A stretch of 64,000 nt of DNA from Eledone cirrhosa. Taxonomy: Eukaryota. How positions within the stretch are numbered: position 1 is the stretch's first letter; each line of letters starts with the position of its first letter. The notes below the pieces were generated by a model that saw only the letters and a list, made by a program, of their open reading frames with translations, ran no database searches and was not told where the DNA came from. Below are positions 25,890 to 39,323 of this stretch, piece after piece. The stretch lies in assembly GCA_964016885.1 (NCBI GenBank), contig OZ024744.1:74586001-74650000 (forward strand), written 5' to 3'. The position numbers and the translations under genes were made by a program.

Positions 25890-27645
25890 GTTTTATAAAT
25901 AACATAGTGTAATTAGATTTGTCAAAAAAAACCAAATATTGACCGTTTTTCAGTCTCAATTACGCTTATAATCATTTAAGATAGGTATTAAATCAAAAGT
26001 ATATATTATATCAAAGGAGAAAATATTCTAGTAAGACAGGAATAATATGGAAATATAATAATAAAGGAGGAAGGAATTTGGATTATAGTAAAATTTGCCT
26101 GTAAGCTATTTTTTATTATATATATTTAGATACTGAAATTATTGAGTTGAAAAATATTTAATAATTGATATGGTTAATTATTTTTTTAGATATAAATAAT
26201 TGAGTATGCTTTAATATTACGTGATAAATTATTTATTTTATAAGAAGAGAGATAATTATCTATGTTATAAATTATGAATTCAACAATGTTATTTCTGTAG
26301 ATGATATTGTATGATTATTTAGAAAGAAAAAAATGTATCCATTATAGCCGAATTTATAAATTTCGATTAAATTAGATACAACCTAAATTTAAAGTAGTTG
26401 AAAAATTATACCGGAGGATGATTAGAAGAGACAAAAAAATATCCGTAGAAAATTACGGAGAAAAATAACGGAGGAAGAAATGACTTAACTTATTTAGTAG
26501 TATAGAGTAGATTTTTTAAAGAGAATAGAAAATCATTTTAAAATTAAATATAAAGGAGTAATACTTATCTTATCATTTTTTTAAATTTTTATATATAAAG
26601 ATTAATTAAAAATTTAAAATGTATTCGAGAATAAGTTGAAGTGAGAATTAAAACTATATATAAAGGAATATTCATTAAATATGTTAACTATTTTAAAACT
26701 TAACAAAATACTCTATGGAACGATTTTGAGAAACGGTGGAGATATGTATTATATATCTCAGATATTTGTTATTAATAATTATTTTTCTATTATTAAGAAT
26801 ATAAAGAATTTCAGTGGAACATAAGTTACAACCTTTTGAAATGGAAGAATTTATATAAGGTAAAGCATTAAAGAGTTTTTGCCAAGAGAGAGAATATTTT
26901 ATATTTTTATTTTTAAGTGACCAAATTAATTCAGATAAAGCAGTACTAAATCGATTATCCCCTCTCTTAAACGTCTGGCGGTGATTATACCACCTTTCCT
27001 TAAATTTAGAAGAAGTAGCACCAATATAATTATAAGCCTTATCCTTTTGACAATGCATTTGTAAAGCAGATTACGGTCAAAATAGTTATTATTTAATGGA
27101 CAAGATTAACTATTTTTACCATTACAATTACCTCCGCTGTTATTTAATGTATGCCACTCTGTTTTCATAGTTCGAGTTATTGGGTATAATTTTTGTTAAT
27201 CGGGGAGTTGATTATACTATTAGTGATTGGCTGATTATCATTAGGGGTTAATTCCATATGAATAGTTCCGAGATTTCTATTATTAATTTTAGCTATATTT
27301 TGGCAAATATTCGTAGTGATTGAGTATGAGAGTTTAATTGTATGTTTATTAAATATTCTACTATATTTATGCGTTTAGCGTTTTGGGGAAGTATTTATCA
27401 ATAGCATTGAAGAATAGGTGGGCTAAACTTTTCCTGATTGCAAGTGATAGTGGTGGAGAGTACCATAAAATAGAACAAGAGCAGAGTCTTTTTATTAGGC
27501 TTATTGGTTTTATAGGAGTTATATCTATTATATGATTGATTTGGTGTAGTTATATGGTTTATGTTATGGATATTGTCATAAGATGTATCTGCATTAGTAT
27601 TTTTATCTATATATTCAATTTTATCAAGGTAACCTGCTCTATTTA
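25890..27645 (-). mobile_element. Penelope-like element 3' fragment (Naiad-like GIY-YIG)
   Basis: LNRAGYLDKIEY RT tail; YIGATSSKFKERWYNHRQTF..TALSELIWSLK..CNLC; AT-rich 3' region. Confidence 0.8.
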
Positions 27646-27890
27646 AACCAACTCTAATGTTTTCACCCAGACACGTAACCCCCTTATATGTTGAGGTTTT
27701 TCTAGTCATATGCTTGGTGGTCACCGGTCTGTCCAATTTGTTTGTCTACCAGTATATCAGGAAAAAACTATATATTTTTTATGCTTTTTATTTGAGGAGG
27801 AGATGTTTTACTTTGTTATACATAAAACTTTACATCTTCGAAATATATATAATGAAATAGAGATGATATAAAGTATATGTTTTCGTTTGT
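27645..27890 (-). repeat. Right arm of the ~250-bp inverted repeat
   Basis: Diverged reverse complement of 25636-25885. Confidence 0.85.
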
Positions 27891-27914
27891 TACTATTATT
27901 ATTATAATAATACA

Positions 27915-28110
27915 ATGGATTGGCAGTATCGGTAGAGGGTCGGATGCCATGCTTTCCTGTATAGAGTTACGTCCCTTTACGGTCTGAGTTCAAATCCGGC
28001 CCAGGTTAACTTTGCCTTTCATCCTTACGGAGTTGATAAAATAAAGTACCAGTAATGAACTAGGATATTTGCTGGCTTTGTGCCAAAATTAGAAACAATT
28101 ATAATAATAA
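27915..28110 (+). mobile_element. tRNA-derived SINE, major family
   Basis: TGGCAGTATCGG A box, GAGTTCAAATCC B box, same core and tail as 688-880. Confidence 0.88.
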
Positions 28111-28405
28111 TACTCCGGATAAATGATATATATATACAAAATTAAGATAAATTAAATGAATTTAATCTAAATCAAAATTATGGGTGCCATGCCAGAACGG
28201 CATGCGCCATATCACCCGGAAAAATAAGCTCAAAGATTATATCGAGTAGGTCCGAGCATTTTATAATAACTAGAAATTGATTAACATATATATAAACATG
28301 AATAATCACAGAAGATAATTTTTACAAGCGTGTAACCACACATAGCTAGGTAGCTAAATAAAGTTGACTAGAACATCAAAAATAGATACCTCATAATATG
28401 ATTAA

Positions 28406-28502
28406 TCTTCCCTGTATATATTCCATTAAAGAAATATATTTCACCAATTAATCCGATGGTAAATCACGGAAGTGTATATTTTTTGATTTTCAACAAGGAG
28501 GA
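28406..28502 (-). ncRNA. Type I hammerhead, U3-A8 core, slightly decayed copy
   Basis: Reverse-complement copy of 29177-29273. Confidence 0.6.
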
Positions 28503-29176
28503 AAAATTTCCAGCAATCCCTGTTTACACTACGAGTTCAAATCTGCAACTGGCTATTACCACGTGTTGAATTTACACATCATAGCAGCTTCGTCTCAGTG
28601 GCGTGAATAGGGTTATCGACAACTAGAAACAGCAGTCGATCCCTTTCAACAGAGTTAGCTCTACAATTAAGGAGCCGTATTTATATATCTATATCCAAAA
28701 TTAAGATAAATTAAATGAACTTAATCTAAATCAAAATTATGGGTGCCATGCCAGAACAGCATGCGCCTACCTAGCTATGTGTGGTTACACGCTTGTAAAC
28801 ATTATCTCCTGTGATTATTCATGTTTATATATATGTTAATCAATTTCTAGTTATTATAAAATGCTCGGACCTACTCGATATAATCTTTGAGCTTAATTTT
28901 CCGGGTGATATGGCGCATGCCGTTCTGGCATGGCACCCATAATTTTGATTTAGATTAAATTCATTTAATTTATCTTAATTTTGGATATAGATATATAAAT
29001 ACGGCTCCTTAATTGTAGAGCTAACTCTGTTGAAAGGGATCGGCTGCTGTTTCTAGTTGTCGATAACCCTATTCACGGCACTAAGACGAAGCTGCTATGA
29101 TGTGTAAATTCAACACGTGGTAATAGCCAGTTGCAGGTTTGAACTCGTAGTGTAAACAGGGATTGCTGGAAATTGT

Positions 29177-29273
29177 TCTTCCTTGTTGAAAATCCAAAAA
29201 TATACACTTCCGTGATCTACCATCTGATTAATTGGTGAAATATATTTCTTTAATGGAATATATACAGGGAAGA
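29177..29273 (+). ncRNA. Type I hammerhead, U3-A8 core
   Basis: Stem I TCTTCCTTG/CAGGGAAGA, TTGAAAA, stem II CCAA/TTGG with a large loop, GAAA, stem III TATATTTC/GGAATATA, AUA site at 29264. Confidence 0.72.
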
Positions 29274-29517
29274 TTAATCATATTATAAGGTATCTATATT
29301 TGAAGTTCTAGTTCACTTTATTTAGCTACCTAGCTATGTGTGGTTGCACGCTTGTAAAAGATTATTCATGTTTATATATATGTTAATCAATTTCTAGTTA
29401 CTATTTTTATATATATATATATATATATATTCTGAAGTCTTATGACAAGTCTCATGCTAGCTATATTGCTTCATACACATTCATGCGCGTGCGCACACAC
29501 ACATCCATATGTATATA

Positions 29518-29548
<31 letters not shown>

Positions 29549-29584
29549 CATTTAAAGGAATAGAGGTGTAACACACGAGTTGTG

Positions 29585-29995
29585 ATATATTGGTAAAAGG
29601 AAAAGAAAATGCTGACAAATTGTTCCCAGTGGAAAATAGTTTAATTAGTAATAAGTATTGGTTAGTATTCAGTTTTAGTTTTAAGTTTTTACCGTTTGCG
29701 CATTTCTAATGCTTTTCAAAAATAATTTTGAGATAGAGCGCCCGTGATGTTTGCTCTAATCTGATTATTTTTGGAAATTCTACCTGTTTTATGTGAAAAA
29801 AGTGGCTCCAGAGGTATTAAAATAAGTTTCGCGCCAATTCGTGTTGCAAATATTCTTGTGGTCAAAACAATTTAGATTGGTCGGTAGATGTCACGTGAAT
29901 GTTAAAAATTGATTTTGCGCCAAATGTAGGTTTGTCGAAGAGTGTCCTTTTTCGCCTGATTGAAAAGTCACAGAAAAATAAGTCTTTTAAGACAA
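29585..29995 (-). mobile_element. PLE pseudo-LTR-like repeat (also at 31365-31600 + and 35150-35480 -)
   Basis: Three similar copies sharing AAAAAAGTGGCTCCAG and a hammerhead-like motif; one copy abuts a GIY-YIG fragment. Confidence 0.7.
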
Positions 29996-30090
<95 letters not shown>

Positions 30091-30199
30091 TGTGTGTGTG
30101 TGTAGTAAAGAGGTTCATTGTTGTTATAATGGTCAGTAGGGATGTGTGTGTGATTTGCGGTCATGATGAAAGGTTAACAGTTCAGGTGCCTAAGACAAT

Positions 30200-30236
<37 letters not shown>

Positions 30237-31026
30237 CAGAGTAATTCCTGGTAGAGGGATCGGTCAGTAGGAATGTGTCTGTACGTTTGTGGGGGATATT
30301 TTAACATGTTGAAAGATATATTTCAGCTCTTGTCTTATAGGGACAAGTGTGTGTGTGTGTGTGTGTATGTCTCTTTGTATGTTAGTGTACGCGTGTGTTT
30401 GTGTGTGTGTATATATATATGTGTGTGTGTATATGTGTGTATATGTGTGTGTGTGTGGGTGTGTGTGTATATGTCTCTTTGTATGTTAGTGTACGCGTGT
30501 GTTTGTGTGTGTGTATATATATGTTTGTGTGTATATGTGTGTATATGTGTGTGTGTGTGTGTGGGTGTGTGTGTGGGTGGACCAGTATTTTTGTGATACT
30601 GGTAAAAATGGTGTACATTATTCGATATTTTCAGCAAAAACGATTCTCTCAAGAGAACATCAAAAACCTTAATAATAAAAGGTGTGAAATGATATATAGT
30701 ATTGTCATAACACCAAGGTGTGTGTGAGTCTCCAGATTGTACGTACTGCAAGGGGAATCCATTAGACCCTGCCGTATGGGAATACTTGTGTACAAATATG
30801 TATGTGCCCATCAGTGTGCAATGCATGTGTGCGTATATGTATGTGTGTGTGTCTGCACGTTTATATCTATAGACATCAAAACGTATGCAAATTTGTGTAT
30901 ATTTGTGTTGCATCATAGAACATGTGTGTTTACGTATGTCATTGTGTTTATATGTGGATGGAGATGTATGTAGGATGTATGCTGATGTAGGTATGAATGT
31001 GGACGTGTGTATGTTGTGGGTTCGCG

Positions 31027-31365
31027 TTAGGGAGAAGTGTTTAGACGGTGTCTGTATTTGTTAATAAAATGAGATTCCTTGCTGATGCGCTGGGTGTGGG
31101 TGGCATTATCTTTAAATTTGTAGAGGGGAAAGATTCTAAAGTTGGGATGATTTTGGGCAGCACAGGTATCAATGTGTTCACTCAGTGGTATTTTCCTGTA
31201 TTGCCGTATTTTAATTTGGGATCTATGGACAGTCATGCGTTGGCGGAGGCTGTTTTTGGTCTGGCCTGTGTATTGTTCTCGACAACCTGAGCAAGTTAAT
31301 ACATATATTAGATTTTCTGATGCGCATGTGAAATTATGTTTTACTATAGCAAAACTTATTTTAAT
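31027..31365 (-). mobile_element. Penelope-like GIY-YIG endonuclease fragment (Neptune-like)
   Basis: NFTCASENLIYVLTCSGCREQYTGQTKNSLRQRMTVH..KESHFINKY..LN; homologous to 61020-61326. Confidence 0.85.
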
Positions 31366-31457
31366 ACATCTGGAGCCACTTTTTTCACATAAAACAGGTA
31401 GAATTTCCAAAACTAATCAGATTAGAGCAAACATCACGGGCGCTCTATCTCAAAATT

Positions 31458-31495
31458 ATTTTTGAAAAGCATTAGAAATGCGCAACCGGTAAAAT
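31458..31495 (+). ncRNA. Minimal hammerhead-like motif (U3-A8, GCAA in place of GAAA)
   Basis: ATTT-TTGAAAA-GCATT AGA AATGC-GCAA-CCGG-TA-AAAT; copies at about 29686-29723 (-) and 35264-35302 (-). Confidence 0.5.
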
Positions 31496-31596
31496 CTTAA
31501 AACTAAAACTGAATACTAACCAATACTTATTACTAATTTTTACTTATTCATCATTTTTCACTGGGAACAATTTGTCAACATTTTCTTTTCCTTTTA

Positions 31597-32037
<441 letters not shown>

Positions 32038-32044
32038 GAGAGAC

Positions 32045-34737
32045 GTTTTTTATTAGCCACAAGGGCACAAAAGAAGGGGACAAATACAAATGGGGAGTTT
32101 ACATACAAGTATATAAAAATAAACTATTAATAAAATAACAAATAACAATTGAAATCCCCAATAGGAGGGAGGCGTCACAGGGGTTGTACACACCCCGAAA
32201 AAATGTACAACCCTCATCTCCAGGAGCACCAAGAGTGAGTACTCCCTTCCTCTTTTCCTCGTTTTCCTCAACCTACAGGCTTATATAGAGAGAAGGCCCA
32301 GCCACTCGAGCCATCTTTACAACATTCACCCCCCTTTTTTGCTGGGGTACAGCACCTCTCCCCCCTTCCTGATTCTTCTTCCATAATGATATTTGAAAAA
32401 AGAATCAGTTGCTCGCCGGAGAGAAATGTGTCTGACCTCAGCTCTTTTAACCTCGTCCACCATATAACCTCTTTCGTCATAGCCATAACACATAGGAAAA
32501 CCGCCTGTCCCTCGTTTTTGAAGGAGGGTGGCGGTTTGATCATGACAATGGACTCGGTATTCAACTGAATTGGTCCCACCCGCCACAATAGTCGTTCTAC
32601 ATATCCACACAGGTCGGTAACGCCCGGGCAGTGTACAAATGCGTGCGCGACGGTCTCCTCGTAGCGCACGCATTTCGGACAGATCTTTTTCGCAGGGTCC
32701 ATGCCTGGGCGCCTGTGTCTGTAGAGCTTGTCTCGAACTGGTAGAGCACCTCGGTAGCGCTGCCAGGCCAGGGACTTTTGGAAGTTGTCCATTGGTCCCG
32801 GCGGGCGGAAGGTCCTACCGAACAGACTGGCCAGTTCGTCCTCCTCTACGCCCAGAGTTTTTCCGAGCGCGTCGTCGACTTGCTGCGGACCAACCCTCTA
32901 TAGAATGTCGAAGTGGAGTCTCCACTGATCGCCTGAGCACATTTAATATGCCAGTCGCCCAGTTTATCGGTCTTTGCTTGACCAAGGACTGCAGCTCGGT
33001 CAGCGAGACGAGTCGTGGGAAGGCTCGCCTCACGAACAGGGCCCACACCGGTTGTCCGGTGAGGAATACGTGGCGTTGCCGCAGCCTGAGCTCGTGTTTG
33101 CGCATCGTCGGCCACGGCATCCCCAACACTCCGATTGAAGGGTGTTAGCAGCAGATGGATCTTCTCACCAAAGGAGCCCGTTTCTTCCAAAGGAATTGGA
33201 AGAGCGCGCGCTCCATTTTGGTGAGCGTTTTGACTGGACAAGGCATGACGGTCAAGCGGTAGTAGATGACGGACGCTGTAAAAGTGTTCGCCACCTCCGC
33301 TCGACCTTTCAAGTATAGTTTGTCCTCGGACCACTTCTGGGTGAGCGCAAACACCTTGGCCGTCCCCTCGTTCCAGTTCTTCTCTACCTGGAGGTCCGGA
33401 CCAAACCAGACCCCGAGCAGCTTTAACGGTCCTTCCGTCCAGTGTCCGACGACGCCATCGGAAGGCATCGGTTTGCCTCTCCACGTTCCGAGTTGCAAAC
33501 GGACGGATTTGTCCCTGTTCAGCTTCGCCCCTGTGAAACTTTCGTATTCCTCCAGTAAGCTGCCGACCTCCCCGATTTTCGAGGTGCTCGACACCATTAC
33601 CGTCACATCGTCTGCGTAACCGACGCCGCTTTTCGCAGTCCCGGTTCCAAAGGGGTGCCCTGCAATAGCTCCAACTTCCGCAGTAGTGGCTCGAGAGTCA
33701 GTACGTACAGAAGGGAGGAGAGAGGGCATCCCTGTCGGATGGATCGCGTGATATGGAACGGCTCCGAGAGGTAGCCGTTCACCTTGACACTTGAGCAGAT
33801 GTTGCTGTTGTGCATTGCAGCAATCCAGCCCCTGAGCAGGGGTCCGAAGCCTGCCGCCTCGAGCACTGCATCCAAGTAACGGTGGTCAACCCTATCGAAA
33901 CCCTTAGACTAATCCAAGTTGATCAGGGCCCCACCTAAGCCGGGTTTACACCCTACCCTCTCTATGATATATCGTATGAGGTGGAGGTTGTCGTGTATGG
34001 ACCTGGTCGGGATTGCGCTTGTTTGTGCTTCTCCCACCAGGTTTTCGACGACAAGCGCCTGCCTCTTTGTCAACACCTTGGCCAAAATCTGTAACTCTGT
34101 GTTTAGCAGAGTTATGGGCCGGAAGTTGCCTATGTCATCCCCCTCATTCTCGTCCTTCCTGCCTAACGTAACTACGCCCTTGCTCACAGAACTGGGAATT
34201 CTCCCGTTCTGTTGCCAGTTGCAGTAGACAGCTTCCAGGAGACCGGAGAGGAAGTCCGGCATTGCTACGTAAACTTCGTAGGGTAGACCGTTGAGTCCTG
34301 GAGTTTTGCGTTTGCTGCATTGGCTCAGCGGGTCCTCTATCTCAGCGGCCGAAATCGGCCTTTCGCAAAACTTCGCCTCGCTGTCCGAGAATCGCGGTAG
34401 GCCGTCGATGTATGGACCGAAATCCATAGCCCCTCCCGGTGCGCCGCCCTGCCCTAAAAGTTGAGCAAAATGCCGCTGAAAGGCCGCGCACATCTGCTTC
34501 GGCTCTCGTATCACGCGTCCGTCTTGGTCCTTCAAAGACCGAATCGTGGACTTGTTGCAACTTTTCGCCTCCGTCACTAGGGCCCAGCTAACAGCTTTGG
34601 CTCTCTCGTTTCCCATTCTGCTTCTGACAACGCAGCCTTCATGCTTTGCGTCGAAGAACTGGTCCAAGGCCGTTCTAGTCGCTGGCACGCTGGCTACATT
34701 GCCACTCCTAAGTGCCCCTTCTACTTTATCTACCACT
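32045..34737 (-). mobile_element. Tx1 subfamily A, 5'-truncated ORF2 copy
   Basis: ORFs 33909-34736, 33603-33875, 33145-33729 (YADD) and 32268-32792 closely match 2800-5305; followed by (TC)n. Confidence 0.94.
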
Positions 34738-34870
34738 TCCTTTTTCCGTTCATCGTTTTCGGTGCACCCGGCCGATTAACGCACTCGATATGCAAATTAG
34801 GCTGCTTAGCTGTTAATATGCATAAGGAAAGTATATATTTCAGACGTTCAATCATCTGGCAGGAATGTAT

Positions 34871-34913
34871 ACGCTGCTGACGATAGCTAATAAGCTTGAA
34901 ACTAGTACAACGT
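34871..34913 (+). ncRNA. Minimal type I hammerhead, canonical core
   Basis: ACGCTG-CTGACGA-T AGCT AATA AGCT T-GAAA-CTAG-TA-CAACGT; palindromic stem III ACTAGT; GUA site at 34907. Confidence 0.72.
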
Positions 34914-35033
34914 TCCTTTGTCAGTGTTGAACAAACGAGCAACGATGGTTGCTAGACACTACGGCTTATTACGGGATGTTTGTTTACAAACACACCGAGC
35001 ATTATAATAAATGTTCGGTGAATCCGTACGTAC

Positions 35034-35065
<32 letters not shown>

Positions 35066-35479
35066 ATGTATGTATATATACATACTACTGTACGTCTGTA
35101 TACATATATGTATGTACGTATACATACTTATATATATATATATATATATATTGGTAAACGGAATAGAAAATGCTGACAAATTGTTCACAGTTGAAAAATG
35201 GTTTAATTAGGAATAAAAGAGTATTAGTGATTGTATGGGTTAGTATTCAGTTGTGGTTTTAAGTTTTTACCGGTTGCGCATTTCTAAATGCTTTTCAAAA
35301 ATAATTTTGAGATAGAGTGTCCGTGCTGTTTGCTCTGATCTGATTAGTTTTGGGAATTCTACCTGTTTTTATGTTAAAAAAGTGGCTCCAGCGTTATTTT
35401 TGTGTTGCAAAAATGCTTGTGGTCAAAACAATTTTGATTGGTCGGTAGAGGTCCTGTGAATGTAAAAAGTTGATTTGCC

Positions 35480-36757
35480 CATTTTCCAAATTTTCCGCAA
35501 GCTTTACGATGGCGGGGTGCCGTTGGTGTAGGGGTAAACCAAATAGGCGCCAAAAAGCTTCATTGCTACTGATGTACCGCCCGCCAGGTATTCTGTGACC
35601 TCGTCCCTGCTATTTTCAGCTTGAAATGCGAATATTGCGGCATCAGAGCCCTTATTTACATATTTGCATATGTATTTTATCGACTTGACGGAGTTGCAAA
35701 ACTCAACGTTGATGTGGGCGTTGAACATCTTCAAATGAAGCGGGCAGTAAGGGAACACCCATCTATTGTCGACTTGACCTCCCTTTACTGTTGTGGTGAA
35801 GCCACCGTTGTCAGGGCGTCTCCGCCTATACAGGGGATACTCGTCGCCACCCGTCTGAGTCTCGTCAACAAATTCTTTTGGGTACCCTTACTGCACGATC
35901 CCACCCCCCTTTCAGATACGTGTGATACTCATTAGGACCCGACGCACACGGACCATGTTAGCTTTGACGATGTCATGTAATTCCTGGGCAGTTGCTGGGT
36001 TAGGGATTTCAGTCGAAATGAAGTTGTCTATGGCATTTGAATTGATTTTATCAGCTAACCAAATCAAAATGTGAGCATGTGGCAGCCCTCGTTTTTGCCA
36101 TTCGATGGTGAACATGTCACATTTTACCGTCCCAAATACCTGACCCTTTTTGATTAAAGCCATGAGTTTAGCCAGTTTCAGTCTGAACACTCTGCCAATG
36201 AGGTCATTTCTGTTCGAATAATTTTGCCCAGGAAAAAGTTCACGGGTTACATTCCGATTCATATGTCTATAGCATTAATCTGTTATATGAAGTGTTATTT
36301 TGCGGGTTGTTATTTGCAATAAGCCGATTGAAAATGCCCCAGATAAGCCGTATGTCAATACAGAACGCTCAATACGGAACGCTCATTACGGAACGCTCCA
36401 CTCAGTGTTGTCATATAAGAAGTGAAGAGCGACAGAGAGAGTAAAGCAGTTAAATTATAGAGAGGGGGAATATACGGAACGCTCCATTTGATCACACACA
36501 TTGTTTCTCTCTCTGCAGTGTTGTCATATAGGGAGTGAAGAGCGACAGAGAGAGCAAAGGAGTTAAATTATAGAGAAGGGAAATGATCATGATCTAATTT
36601 GGCCGTTATTGTTGATGGATTTGAAATTTATTTGTTTCATGACCTTCTCCTGATCAAAAGCAATAATTGTCCCGACTTTGAATAGAATCCGTTGGAGATT
36701 GTGGACGTGAAGCCGTTACAAACCTTAATACACACATCCTTAGATTTATATATATAG

Positions 36758-36758
<1 letters not shown>
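35480..36758 (-). mobile_element. Helitron 5' portion with Rep (HUH/Y2) fragment, internally deleted
   Basis: IEWQKRGLPHAHILIW (HUH motif), HINVEFCNSVKSIKYICKYVNKG (Y2 motif); minus-strand 5' end A|TCTATATATATAAA at 36758. Confidence 0.9.
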
Positions 36759-36835
<77 letters not shown>

Positions 36836-36915
36836 GATAGTAAACAAATGGGAACTATATTTATAAAACTATATTTTTGCATATATATATATATATATGC
36901 AAAAAAAAAATATAT

Positions 36916-36981
<66 letters not shown>

Positions 36982-37269
36982 AAATATTACCCCGACGGCA
37001 GAGTCAAGCCGTTTCGACGGCTAATTCTGGACTGATTTAGTCCAGAATTAGCCGTCGAAATTAACCACACTACTACCCAAAGTAGTGCGTACTTTGGTGC
37101 GTTATGGTCCATCTTGTTCCTTACCACATTTCCTTCGTTATATATATATTTATATATATTTCATTTGTTGGTTATTCAACAAATTTATTTATAACAGATT
37201 CGACGCTCTAGAGGATTCTTTTATATCAATGATATTAATAAATGGAAACTATCTTTATAAAACCAGATT

Positions 37270-37330
37270 TATTTTATTATATATATTTCAGTTGTACCAA
37301 CATTTTGGTACGCCCTCATCAGATAAAATA
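37270..37330 (-). ncRNA. Type I hammerhead, canonical core
   Basis: Stem I TATTTTAT/ATAAAATA, CTGATGA, stem II GG..GTACCA/TGGTAC..CT, GAAA, palindromic ATATATAT stem III, AUA site. Confidence 0.72.
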
Positions 37331-37709
37331 CAAAAGTTGTTTTATAAATATTGACATATCCCCCCCCCCCCCCCCAAAAAAAAAAAAAACAAGAATTTAT
37401 CGTTTTAAGTTCAGTTTGGATAGTGAAAGACATTTCAAATATTAGGATGAATATGTTAATGAGGTTAAACGTACAGTTGAAAAATATCCTTATATTTAGA
37501 CGCTAGGTATATTTAAATAATTATTATTAGGATAATTATTTTAAAGGGAAGAAGAGAGAGAGGTTAATATTAATATTAGGGTGTAAGAAAATTTAAGGGC
37601 TGAGTATAAGAAAGACAAATATGTAATATAGCATACTTTAAAATCATATACAAATTAATATATAAAATTGTCTACATACATTTTGCATATATCCTAATTG
37701 AAGAATTCC

Positions 37710-39110
37710 CCCCGTGATGACGGTCTTTTTACCATGACAATGTGCGGCCAACGTGCTTGCGAGTTCAGAAAAGAACTCACAGCCTTCTTTAAAGGCTTCA
37801 ACCTCTCCATACAGTTGGTGGCCAACCTCTCGGTCGTTAATTACCTCGACGTTACACTTAATTTGTCGAATGGCTTGCACTACCCGTATAGAAAGCCGAA
37901 TGAAACGCTTAATTACATAAGTAAGCATTCTAACCATCCTGCCAGCATAACCAGAAATCTGGTAAGAAAGGTTTCTTTGAGGCTTTCCCGTCTATCTACA
38001 AACGAGCATATCTTCAACGACCTTTCCACATATTACAATGAAGCTCTTGCACGGAGTGGATTTGTTGATAAGGTAGCATATACCGAGTACGAGAATAGAC
38101 CTAGAAGTAATAGATCCCGACGCATTATATAGTATAACCCACCATATAATATAGAGGTGACCACAACATTAGCTAAGATCTTCCTCTCCCTTATTATGAA
38201 GCATTTCCTCCCAGCACAGAAATATAGTAACATTTTTAATAGAAATATCATTAAAATTTCTTACTCTACGACTCATAATCTTGCACATAACACCACAGCT
38301 TCAAATTTAGCTAGATTACCTAGCCGTAGGAATACGTGCAACCCTGTAGTTAATACTAACTGTTATTGTAGGAATCGGGTTGATTGCCCCCTATCCGGGA
38401 AATGCCTCTCTAGTAACATTGTCTACAAATGTAAGGTTGAAACACCCACGTCCCGTAAGGCCTACATAGGGTTAACCGCCAATAGTTTCAAGCAGCGTCT
38501 TTACATGAATACCCATTCTTTTCTTAACCCTTTAAGAAGGAATATGACGTCACTTTCAGCTTATATCTGGAGTCTAAAAGACAACCACACCCAACATATG
38601 TTACACTGGGAGATCCTAGCTAAGGATAGATAGTATAACGGAAATAAAAGACCGTGTGACCTCTACGCCGCTGAAGCCCTGGAAATACTCTACGCTAAAG
38701 GCCACATCTTAAACAAAAAATCTGAGGCAATTTCGGCTTGTAAACATAAATTGCACAAAACTTTCCTGTATTACAGCCCCACATTATACCCTAACGTATA
38801 GTACGAACTATACGCGGATATTTTACGTCTCGATGTGGTAACTAAGTATATGTTATGTTTATACCATTACTTATTTGTATAGGAGAGTATTTATTACCTG
38901 TATGTTGTGTGAAGTACGTATACTTTCTCGTACGTATATTTGCTTGTATATGTTATGGCGTATTTATTATATTATATATACTGGTACATGTGCATTTGGT
39001 TATGTGCATACGTGAGTTTTGCGTCTGTATGAGTATGCGGGTTCGTACGTATGTAGGGTGTTTGTATATGTGTACTTTGTGTTTTGGTTGACGAACCTGC
39101 GAACATATGT
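37710..39110 (+). mobile_element. Penelope-like element, 5'-truncated (Naiad-like)
   Basis: RDDGL, NYLDVTLNL, PYRKPN..SNHP, CYC..CPLSGKC..NIVYKC..YIGLTANSFKQR; 3' boundary approximate. Confidence 0.88.
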
Positions 39111-39204
39111 GTATTTACATATAGGTATGTGTGTGTGCGCGTAACATACGTATTTATGTGTGTATATTTATATACGTTTATTTAATTATATGTTTACACG
39201 CACA

Positions 39205-39323
<119 letters not shown>

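Larger units (their letters stand above)
28125..29400. mobile_element. Non-coding ~559-bp unit repeat: two ~1.1-unit blocks in inverted orientation, each with a hammerhead
   Basis: CAAAATTAAGATAAATT at 28137 and 28696; orientation switches at 28768; TACCTAGCTATGTGTGG at 28768 and 29327. Confidence 0.85.

Noticed and set aside
25930-25990. Hammerhead at the 3' end of the PLE fragment (minus strand)
   Set aside because: GAAAAACGGTC is present but the core and stems are too degenerate to support
38157-38760. Selenocysteine-encoding Naiad PLE
   Set aside because: The conserved Cys positions I could read here and at 53820-53920 are ordinary Cys codons, not TGA; no SECIS was recognised
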